Of a stretch of 35,513 nucleotides of DNA, positions 12,746 to 23,444 are shown one piece after another. The notes under the pieces are model-generated. The model saw nothing but the letters and a program-made list of their open reading frames with translations. It searched no databases and was not told the origin of the DNA. A program made the translations under genes and the position numbers. Within the stretch, counting starts at the first letter, position 1. Each line of letters opens with the position of its first letter. Source of the DNA: Octopus sinensis (Eukaryota); NCBI RefSeq assembly GCF_006345805.1, contig NW_021826281.1, positions 1 to 35,513 on the forward strand, given 5' to 3'.

Positions 12746-12953
12746 AAGTTAATCCAAACAAGAAAGCACAAAAAAACACAACAACGCGAGGACGTGGAAC
12801 AAATATAGTATTATTGGACGCTCAGGAAAGAATGAGGGTTTAACGTTTCGAGCGGAGCTCTTCGTCGGAAACATAGGAGAAGGAAAGATCCAGAGAAGGG
12901 AAGACAGAGGGAAAAAAATTGCCAACAGTACACACGAGGTCACATTTTGAAAT
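12746..12953 (-). mobile_element. Penelope-like element terminal (pLTR-type) fragment inserted in a TA microsatellite
   Basis: Higher-GC ~200-bp block flanked on both sides by (TA)n; contains ACGTTTCGAGCGGAGCTCTTCGTCGG, whose reverse complement folds as a minimal hammerhead typical of Penelope-like elements. No RT or GIY-YIG sequence is seen. Confidence 0.6.
12838..12872 (-). ncRNA. Minimal type I hammerhead ribozyme motif (variant core)
   Basis: Minus strand GUUU CCGACGA A GAGC UCC GCUC GAAA C GU U AAAC: stem I GUUU/AAAC, stem II GAGC/GCUC, palindromic ACGU stem III, GUU cleavage triplet. Core is CCGACGA instead of CUGANGA. Confidence 0.6.
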
Positions 12954-13085
12954 ATATATATATTATGTATGTATGTTATATATATATGTGTTTATATATA
13001 TATATATATTATATATATTATATATATATATATATTATGTATGTATGTATGTATGTATGTATGTATGTATGTATGTATGTATGTA
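12954..13085. repeat. (TA)n plus (TATG)n
   Basis: Direct reading; its last TA abuts the mariner end. Confidence 0.95.
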
Positions 13086-13923
13086 CGAGATGGTCTCGGA
13101 ATTTTGCAATGTCATTTTATTCACTTAGTTTTACGTTAACGCTTTCATCACCTCCAACGTATTCTACATTTGAAACAATGCATCGGTGCAGACGCGTGTT
13201 TCGTTGTTCGAAGCAGTGCCGGAACTCTTGCGAAATGATGCTTTTTAACGCCTTAGTCTGTTTTTTTTTTTTATCTGCTTTGTTTTTTATCTGTCCACTT
13301 CTTCCACGCCTGAAAAATCCGGAGTACCAACTTTCATCAGCAGTAATAACCTGCGATAAAAGTTCTGAATGAACCTCCAACTTTGCTTGAAGTTCACGGC
13401 ACGCATTCACCCGTGACTGCTTTTGATATTCCGTGAGACAGGGAGTCATAAGTTTTGCTGAATACTCTTCATTCGCAATTCCTTACTCAAAACTTGTTGA
13501 CACTAGCTCCAGAACGTGCTCATCAATGATTCATTGCCTTTCCTCCGAGATCGCTTCATGAATTGCCATGACGTTTTAATTCGTTCGAGAAATCGACGTT
13601 CGCTTTGAACCATTCGTTAACTTGTCTTTTGCTCATGGCAGCGGCCTTGTAAGCTGTTTCAACCCTGAGAACTGTTTCGGTCACCGTCTTTCCCGACATA
13701 AAGCAGAATTTCACGGAAGCACGTGATTCCTTCGTTCCAGCCACCGCAAAAATCGACGAACAAGACACTGCAAAACAAAGACTCACGACGTGGACCTCAC
13801 GAGACGACGCTGGTCAAAAAGCGTATCCCTCAGAGTTGCATGAAATGGCTTCTAGCAGCAAAAGCACGAACAACGAGCTTCGCCAACAGAAATTTTTTCC
13901 GGTTACTTTTGGTATCCATCATG
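13086..13923 (-). mobile_element. Mariner (Tc1/mariner DD34D-type) transposon, internally deleted, with pseudogenised transposase
   Basis: Minus-strand fragments RASVKFCFMSGKTVTETV..AMSKRQVNEWFK (N-terminal HTH), VITADESW (first catalytic D) and ALKSIISQEFRHCFEQ..RLHRCIVSNVEYVGGD (C-terminus), with frameshifts. Degenerate TIRs, with TA at 13084-13085 and 13924-13925. Confidence 0.9.
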
Positions 13924-14059
13924 TATCGCAGAATTAAACAGCCGAAATCTGCGATGAGGGATCAGTTTCTGACTGAAGAACGAAGGCTTTGAATGACCCG
14001 TTTGTCTTTTTGTTCGTCCCTTCGTGTATTTCACGTTATTTATTTATGTAAAGGTTTAT

Positions 14060-14939
14060 TATTATATATATATATATATATATATATACATGCATATGTA
14101 TACATACACATATGTATATATATATACACACACACGTATATCACGTGTGTATATCCACGTATGTATAGATATGTATATATATAATTTATATATATATATA
14201 TATCTAAATATACATGTATATATAGATGTGAATCTATGTGTATGTAAAATTATATATATATATATATATATTATATATACATATATATATATATATGAAT
14301 GTATGTGTATACATATAAATATATATATTAAATATATATATACGTATATACAAATATATATTTATATATAGACGTGGATGTGTATATATATATATATATA
14401 TGTTATTTATATATACATATATATAAATCTACATTTATATAAATATATATGTATATGAATTGGCATATACATAATGGTATGAAGGTGCCATCCTATAGAA
14501 GACAAAGAAGTAAATTCAGGAAGAGAAATGACATAATGCAGACAATGGAATGGTGTAGGTCAGTTCCAGTACAGCATTCAACATTTGCTTTAGATAATCA
14601 AATATGATTAATTTAGGAACAATGCCCTGTAAGGTTGCCAATATTTCCTATTTTCCCCTAGCCGGGAAAAAATGAGGTCACTAAATTTATACATACATAT
14701 ATATACGTGTGTGTGTAGGGATGTGCGGGGATGTGTTTATAGATGTGTGTGTTAGTGTCTGTATATGAGTGTAGGTGCGTGTATGTGTGTGTGTTTGTGT
14801 GGTACGTATGCGTGCATGCATAAATGTATAAATAAATAAATATATGTATACAGATACATATATAGAAAGAATTATATTCTATACACACCGATAAACATCA
14901 TGAACCTATGGAAGCATATCTATCTATCTATCTATCTAC

Positions 14940-14995
<56 letters not shown>

Positions 14996-14997
14996 AC

Positions 14998-15062
<65 letters not shown>

Positions 15063-15207
15063 TAAATGAAAGGCGGAAGATGGGATCTACCAGAATACAA
15101 GTGGGAGACTCAACAATGGCTCAGGAGCATCCGGCGGTGCCGGTGTAACTCCTCGGTTGTTAAATTGATACAACTCGCCAAAATATATTGTGTGTATGTA
15201 TATATAT

Positions 15208-15265
<58 letters not shown>

Positions 15266-15350
15266 ATATATTATATGCATATATATGTATATGTATTTAT
15301 ATGTATGTATGTATGTAAATATGGATACAGGTATGTTTAGATAAATCCTT

Positions 15351-15386
<36 letters not shown>

Positions 15387-15390
15387 ATAT
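14060..15390. repeat. Microsatellite-rich zone: TA/TACA arrays, (TATC)n at 14918-14993, (TA)n
   Basis: Direct reading; unique islands at ~14460-14690 and 15061-15185. Confidence 0.85.
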
Positions 15391-15842
15391 ATGTAAGCAT
15401 GTTTTTGTGTATTTATGCTTGTGTATATTTCTGCACGTATGCATGCACTTACGCGCGAAGTTTTAAAGAATTTTGCTCTTCGAAATGACGGTTGTAATGC
15501 ATAACGAAAACAAGAATTTTCAAATTTCGTTTTTTGTTTATAGTCCCAGATTGCATTGGCATGCAGACTCACACACACACACAACACACAGACACACACA
15601 GACAAGGATACAAATACAAGCGTGCGCATACTTAGCACCCGCATAAATTTACGAGCACACTCATAAACGCCGGCAATCGCCTGTATAATCGTAATCAGTG
15701 GGTGAGAATGTGCGCGGCTTCGTGCAGGAGACGTTCCACTTACCTTTGACATATGAGTTTCCAATGCAGAAAACTCCGTTATTTACACAGGCAAGGAGAT
15801 TTATCCTCCATCAACATCAGATGCATGCTTGTGTTTATGTTT

Positions 15843-15856
15843 GCGTGCGTGCGTGC

Positions 15857-15903
<47 letters not shown>

Positions 15904-15948
15904 CGTGCGTCTGTGTGTGTGTGTGTCTGTGTGTGTCTGTGTGTGTGT

Positions 15949-16014
<66 letters not shown>

Positions 16015-16015
16015 A
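15843..16015. repeat. Long (GT)n array with GC/CT interruptions
   Basis: Direct reading of the sequence. Confidence 0.97.
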
Positions 16016-16849
16016 ATGTGTTCGATTCTGTACATGGGTTTGTGGATGTATATTTGTTTTTAATCAGTAGTATTCTTTGCTAGTTCTCAGGGAATAACAT
16101 AATGAATGAGTATTGAGAGATTCTTTTACTTGTAGCTGCGACGTCACTCAACCGGAGTGTGTTGAGCTGTTTCCGACCAGTGCGTTACCATGTCCGTCAC
16201 AAATGCTAACCACCTGTGACGGTTGTCACTGACGTTCCAACAGTTAAAGTAATGCAGCCAAAAACTCTGGCTTGCAAATCTGACAAAAGCGCCTGTTGAA
16301 GAGCTAGTGCGTCGGATAGCCAGACGCCATTCGTTGTTACGAGCAGAGATCACGTTGATTCACGTGGAAGTAACAATGAGAATGAATTTTCGCGAAAGTT
16401 CTTTCGACAGGCTTCAGTACAATTTTTCCCAGACCAATTTGCCTAGCAACGTAAACGCAGAGTATTGGAAATAGAAAATCTCCCTGCCCAAATTTCGAAA
16501 CCGGTACATTTTGTTTTCCACAGGTTCCATTCGTATATGTTAAACATTCACTTAGAACATGGCTACACACATACACAAACACACACGTGTACGCATAGAC
16601 ACACTAGTGAACGTGCGCAAGCCCACAAAGAGACACAGACAGGCACATATATATAACAAGATTGTAAAGTAGTCAAATACGTAACTCGGTAGACAGATTG
16701 GTAGGTAGACCGTCAGAGGGACAGATAGACACATCGATCGATTGATAGACAGAATGATATAAAAGGCTACAAGCTTAGGCATCTATACGTATATGCTTAG
16801 ATACATACATATATATACATGGCATATATATATATTATATAAATATGTG

Positions 16850-16893
<44 letters not shown>

Positions 16894-17529
16894 TTATATA
16901 ATATATACATATACATGCACGCATTACACACATACACACAAATTTGTCTATGTCTATAATATTATCGCAGTTATTGCGTCATCAGCACTCATCCTAAAGA
17001 GCAGCTACTTTTTAAATCCTAAGTAATTTAATCTATTACAATTCTAAAATATATATCTATATGACATGTTTTTCACTTCATATGTCTGTCGACGGATTCC
17101 AAGTTGGTTTCCAAAGAGTATCGCTTGCGTTACAGTGATACCATGAAAGTATATACTCAACACGTACTTGTAGAATATAGATTCGCAGAAAAAGTTCTAA
17201 TATGTACAAGTCTGCGTGTCTATCGATCATCAAATTATTATCATTATTATTGCTAATATTATTGCATTTGTTATTTGTATTGTTACTTTGTGTAGATGCT
17301 CTATAATTTGAACGATTGTGAATTTTTATTCTTTATGCCATCTCTGCCAAGAAAACTATAGTTTTAATTAATTAAAAGGAAAAAAAAATATTTTCGAACA
17401 AGACAAGTAAGATGCCTTTAAGAGATCCTTCAAGCAATTATTATTCAGATATAATTAAGTGAAATAATATATATATATCAATTTACGTTTAGTCGAAGAG
17501 GCAACAGCATACACACAACATAGAAGTAC

Positions 17530-17570
17530 ACACGTACACACACGCACGCACACACATATGTATATGTATA

Positions 17571-17617
<47 letters not shown>

Positions 17618-17764
17618 TTATTTATATATCCTTATATAAATGTCGATGTATGTGTATTATATATTATATATTTGCGGATATGTATGAATATATGTATATT
17701 CAAAAATACACGCAACTAGATAGTATATACACTTACATCGACATTTATATGTGGATATACACAG

Positions 17765-17799
<35 letters not shown>

Positions 17800-17830
17800 G
17801 AAATACATGTGTGTGTGTGTATGTATTGTA
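17530..17830. repeat. Compound CA/TA microsatellite
   Basis: Direct reading of the sequence. Confidence 0.9.
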
Positions 17831-18919
17831 GTCAATATAATATAATATTTAACTTTACTTCAACTTTTTCCTATACTTACCGTCAAAGCAGGTTACATAC
17901 AAAGCACCCATTTCCTTACTTCTTCAAGTAACTTCAATGTTATGTATCTACCAAAATATATATGGACCCTAAATGACAGAGCAGAGAGTAAACTCACAAT
18001 GATGTTATGTGTTGTCCAACCACAATAGCACAAACTATCTGTGGTAGCCGCTATAAAGATATCCAACAGGAAAAATGTGATTAGGCTCTCTAGAGGGAAA
18101 AAAGAAGGAAAAAAATCTTCTTTTCATGCTGCCATGAAATGAAATAATTACCACGCATTCAAGCAAGATGTTTTACTAGAACCTTTCGAGTCACTGGCAG
18201 GTTCAACCAAAGCATTCACCTGAAGCTTGGTTAAGCAGTCAACACTTAGAATCGAGCCAAATTTATGAAAAACGCTAGTCTTTCTTCGCATTCTGTTACC
18301 TCTTAAGAAAGCTGTCAAGTATCTCGGACCTTCTCGGTTTCAACGGCAGATCGAGAAATTGAATTTTTGTAACGAAACACTTTCAAACTTCGGACATTGT
18401 TTAGTTACAAAAAATTATTTCTCGATCTGCCATTGAAAGTGATAATATCCAGTATCTCAAACATTTCTGTCATTGAAAATAATGCTTTTCCTAGTTCGTA
18501 ACTACTGCCGATGTTAGAGATAAAGACGCCAGCCGCTGAGAGACCCTAGAAAAAAAAAAGAAGAATGTGCAACGTGGTGATTTATGCAGTCTAAGCTACG
18601 AAGAATTGGCTACCCTTTCGTCCGAAGAGATTATAAAATTTTACAGTACTGCTAAGTTAGGGCAATTAAGATTTGAACAGCAGCAACTTTTCTGTATTTA
18701 TGTTTCACTCTTGCAAACCGCTGCTGCTGCATTCATGGTCGTAACAACAAGTGCTTGCTAAAGCGGATGTAAGACACACACCTGTCCAATGTTAGAACTG
18801 CTACGTATTAGAAATTCTTTGCGTACGTGTATTCTACGAGTATGTCATGAGTGTATACTTTAATGGTATCTTTGCGATACAAGTTAGACTCTTTTGATAA
18901 TAACATGGTTATCTGGAAA

Positions 18920-18950
<31 letters not shown>

Positions 18951-19065
18951 TTGTGTGTATGTGTTTGAATTTATGTTCAATGAAATTAAATTAAAATAAT
19001 TTACCTTAATCTAATGCGTTACTCTAGATTTTTGTAGAGTACAGATTTATTATTCTTAAACATAT

Positions 19066-19127
19066 TAAAGGCGGTGCTCCAGCATGGCCGCAGTCAAATG
19101 ACTGAAACAGGTAAAAGAGTAAAAGAG
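19066..19127 (+). mobile_element. SINE family B 3' tail fragment (5'-truncated)
   Basis: TAAAGGCGGTGCTCCAGCATGGCCGCAGTCAAATGACTGAAACA is identical to the reverse complement of the 28259-28310 region; followed by GTAAAAGA repeats. Confidence 0.9.
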
Positions 19128-19879
19128 TATATAAAACGTACATACACATACACATACACATACAGAGAGGGATAATATATATATAGATATATATATGCAT
19201 TATAACATGCATATGTATATATATTTATCTGTGTGCGTATATATATATACATACCTACATATATACATATACATATGCGTATATATGTATTTATGTATGC
19301 ATGCATGTATGTATGTATGTATATATGTGTGTGTATATCATCATGCTAAGAAACTCCAGTTTCCCCGTCAGTTACAGTACTCAGCAAAACAATTTAAGGT
19401 CTTTATAACCCGATCATCCCCTCTACCACCATCACTAAAACTAACATCTGCAATATGGACACTGTCAACACCCATACATCCATGACTATCACTCACGAAA
19501 TCTTGCTGCTGTCTCCAACAATTAAATAACCCCACCATCACCGTCCCTTTCCTGCCCTCATATTTCAACTGGCAGAATTCCTTACAAGCCAAATCTTTTG
19601 ACACACACCGGTTGAAATGTGCATTAGTAGTTAATAGAAGATTATCGATATGAAAGAAATCAAATTAAAGCGGTCACGTGTTTTGATAGCATCCGGTGTT
19701 CGATGCGAAGAAGAAAGACAGACACTAGGAGTCTGTCTTGAGACGTTGCTTCGTTTTCAAATATGATTACCGCGGATGAATGATAGCGTTTTCGGACGAA
19801 AGATTGATTACGAAAATCTAGTTAAGGAGATGAAGAGCGAAAAAGAGAACGGTATAGAGAGGGAGACAACTCGACATAA

Positions 19880-19904
19880 TTACATACATACATATATATG
19901 TAGT

Positions 19905-19967
<63 letters not shown>

Positions 19968-20220
19968 TACACATAAAAACATACACCATACACGACGCAC
20001 ACACAACAAACACACACCACATACAATATATATATATATATATATTGTATATATATATATATATATACATACAAAACGATGCAAACAGAGAGATGCAGTC
20101 AGAAAGAGACGAAGAAAGAGGGGGAGAAAGAGAGAGAGAGAAAGTGTGCGTGTGTGTGTGTATTTGTGTATGTATGGATGTGTGTGTGTGTGATTGAGTG
20201 AGAGAAATACACAAGACTTT
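19880..20220. repeat. Compound CA/TA/GA/GT microsatellite
   Basis: Direct reading of the sequence. Confidence 0.9.
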
Positions 20221-20674
20221 GGAAGATATATAGATATATCGAGTAGTTTGGTGGAGTTTTCTTTTTCTTGTGAAGAAACCAGAATGCAAATGTTTTAAAT
20301 TGATAATCTAAACATCTACATAGGCATTCGAGTAAACAAAAAAACTTAACGAAGTACCGGGGCAGTGATTTACGGCTTCTTATCCTTAAAGGAAGTAAGG
20401 TGTACTTAAGCTCATACGTATGTATCTCTGATTGTGTGTGTCTGTTTGTCTATGTATATATGTATATATGTATATATGTAGGGAGAGTTTACGAAAAAAA
20501 CAAAAGACGAAGACAGATGGTGTACAAAACAAATAGATGTATTAGTATAACACTCAGGAATAGAAAAAGTCTTTCAAGTTTCGACCCTATGCTCTTCTAC
20601 AGAAAGGGACACAGCGAAAACAAGGAGAGAAAAAAATATATATATACACATACATAGACGAGCATACTAATTCG

Positions 20675-20855
20675 CTGGTGTAAAGGTAACACAGTCGCGT
20701 TAACAAAATGTTCTGAGTCCCAATCCAACTGGGATTGGCGTTGCGTTTCAAACCTCGGGGTCGATAAAGTAAGTTCCATTTGAGCACTAGGGTCGATATA
20801 TTCTATATAGCCTCTGTCACGAGATTGCTAGCATTGTGCCAAAGTTTGAAACCAG
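20675..20855 (+). mobile_element. SINE family A, old diverged copy
   Basis: GTTCTGAGTCCCAATCC..CGGGGTCGATAAAGTAAGTTCC..GAGCACTAGGGTCGAT..ATTGTGCCAAAGTTTGAAAC. Confidence 0.65.
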
Positions 20856-21200
20856 TATATATATATATATATATATAAACACACATGCACACACATATAT
20901 ATATGTAACTATGTATATTTATACATGTGTGTGTATGTATATACGTATATATAGAAATGTATGTGTATGCGTGCGCGTGTGTGTTTAAAGATCGTACCTA
21001 TCAAATTTCTCTTCAGAATAGCATTTCTTGTTTATTTATGTCCTGTGGATATGAAGGAAAAAAAATTATCCATTTGGATTGATAAGGATACAAAATTAAC
21101 ACGTAAATAGTACCGGAGACACTCTGAAATAGATGGGCAAGTAAATATGTAGATAAATATTTACATAGATTTGTAGCCAGAGAGAGGGGGAGAGCAGATG

Positions 21201-21229
21201 GATAGATAGATAGATAGATAGATAGATAT

Positions 21230-21298
<69 letters not shown>

Positions 21299-21328
21299 CA
21301 GACAGTCATATAGATAGATAGATTGATT

Positions 21329-21410
<82 letters not shown>

Positions 21411-21420
21411 CAGACAGATA
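21201..21420. repeat. (GATA)n array
   Basis: Direct reading of the sequence. Confidence 0.97.
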
Positions 21421-22433
21421 GAAAAACAGATCGACAGTGAAACAATCAGACTGAACGTGAGATGGATATATATTTAGAGGAAGACATCTGTTCACATAAC
21501 TAGTTATGTAAAAATAGTTATAATCATTCACACATAAACCAGAGATGAACCTTCGCCAAAGTATAATCATATCAATATCAGGAAAATATTGAACAGAGTC
21601 TGGAAACGTAGCAGAAACATGATAAATAACATAAAGTGAAAGAAAATATAAACAAAATACAATGAGAAGAGTAGAAATCAAAGTTTTATTTGATTTGCAA
21701 CGTGGCATATTGTTTTTGTCTGCGTTGTAAAAATGGTGGAAATAAACTGTGTTATAGAAAATCATAAACGATTGCTAAGAAATCAATAAACATACATACT
21801 GACACACACATATATATATATATATATTGAAGTATGAATTAAATATATCTATATATATATATATATTGAAATATGAATTACATATACATATATATGGAAG
21901 TATGAATTATATATATTCATACATATATGCATAAAATGTAAGATTCATATACCTGTGAGATTTTATACGCATATAGATACATATACATACGTCCACACTC
22001 ACACAAATTGGAGAGAATAGAGTTTTATTTCTATTATTTGTTTAATAGATCGCACTACAAACGTTTCGACCTTTGATCGCCCTCAAGTGCACGCGAGAAC
22101 TCCAATGGGTCATATATAAATAAACAGGCGCGCATACGCATACACATACAGACACATACACACATTCTTACATGAATGTTGTTATATCGACTTATAATTA
22201 AAGCAATTTCATCTTCTAATAAAAAGTACACTTGTTGTAAAGCTATTACGAATATCTTTTTATTTTTTGCTTGTTTCAGTCATTAGCCTGCGGCCAAGCT
22301 GGGATATCACTATTTTTTGTATACCTATTTAGAATAATTCTGCAAGCAGAGGGGTGACAGTAACTTTGAAGTCCCAGCCTGCGTCGTCAGATTGACCGAC
22401 GAGCGGTTCATGTTTAATATACAAATATAATAA

Positions 22434-22626
22434 GTCGGCGAGCTGGCAGAATCGTTAGCATGCCGTGGTATTTCGTTCCGAGTTCAAATTTCGCCGAGGT
22501 CGACTTTGCTTTTTATCCTTTCGGTGTCGATAAATTAAGTAGCAATTGCGTACTGGGATCGATCAAATCGATTGGCCTCTCACCAAAAAAAATTCGAGTC
22601 TTTTGCCTAGAGTAGAAAAGAATATT
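22434..22626 (+). mobile_element. SINE family A, younger copy with short internal deletion
   Basis: Close match to 2388-2608; flanked by AAAT(A/G)TAATAAG at 22423-22434 and 22628-22639. Confidence 0.9.
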
Positions 22627-22638
22627 AAAATGTAATAA

Positions 22639-22846
22639 GGCGGCAATTTGGCATAATCGTTAGTGTGCTGGGAAAATTGTTTAGCGGCATTTTTTACGGC
22701 TTTAACGTCTGAGTTCAAATGTCACCGAGGACTACTCAGCCTTTTATCCTATCGCCGTAGATAAAACAAATATAAAGTGAGTACTAGAGTAGACTTAACC
22801 CCTCCAACTGAATTGCTGGCCTTGTACGAAAATTTGAAGCCAGTAT
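22639..22846 (+). mobile_element. SINE family A, older copy directly downstream
   Basis: GGCGGCAATTTGGCATAATCGTTAG..GAGTTCAAATGTCACCGAGG..CAGCCTTTTATCC..GCTGGCCTTGTAC. Confidence 0.8.
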
Positions 22847-22879
22847 ATAATATATGTATATATGTGTCATTGAGTCTAT

Positions 22880-23075
22880 GTTTGTGTACCTACCATCGCT
22901 TGACAACCGATGTTGTTGTGTTTACGTTCCCGGAACCTAGCGATTCTACAAACGCGACACATAGAATAAGTACTAGGATTCCAAAGTGTAAGTCTTGGGG
23001 TCGATTTTTTCGTCTAGAAAGCCCTATAAGGCGGTACTCCAGTATGGCTGCAGTCAAATCACCGAAGTAAATAAG
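22880..23075 (+). mobile_element. SINE family B 3' module
   Basis: CGCTTGACAACCGATG..AGAATAAGTACTAGG..TCTTGGGGTCGAT..AAGGCGGTACTCCAG..GCAGTCAAAT. Confidence 0.85.
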
Positions 23076-23092
23076 ACAATTGAAGAATGAAA

Positions 23093-23404
23093 GTAGGCGT
23101 AGCTGTGCGGTAAGTAACTTGCTTACCAACCACATGGTTCCGGGTGTGTAGTGTGTGTGTGTGTGTGTGTACGTGTGCATGCGTGTGTGTATGTTTGTGT
23201 GTGTGTTTGTGTCTATATTTGTCCCACCACAATCGCTTGACAACCGATGTTAGTGCGTTTACGCTCCGTACCTTAGCGGTTCGGCAAAAGAGAACGATAA
23301 GTACCACGCTTACAAAGAATAAGTCTTGGGGTCGATTTGTTCGACTAAAGGCGCTGCTCCATCTTGGCTGCAGTCAAATGACTGAAACAAGTAAAAGAAT
23401 AAAA

Positions 23405-23405
<1 letters not shown>
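23093..23405 (+). mobile_element. SINE family B with deletion after the tRNA-like head
   Basis: Head GCTGTGCGGTAAGTAACTTGCTTACCAACCACATGGTTCCGGGT joined directly to the TG tract, followed by a complete 3' module. Confidence 0.9.

Positions 23406-23444
<39 letters not shown>

Noticed and set aside
18820-18845. 12-nt match (AGAATACACGTA, minus strand) to the 3' part of miR-137 as I recall it
   Set aside because: The seed region does not match and there is no flanking hairpin.
19340-19620. Possible RTE LINE 3' relic on the minus strand (HGCMGVDS, GGRG)
   Set aside because: Similarity is too weak to call by eye; a profile search is needed.
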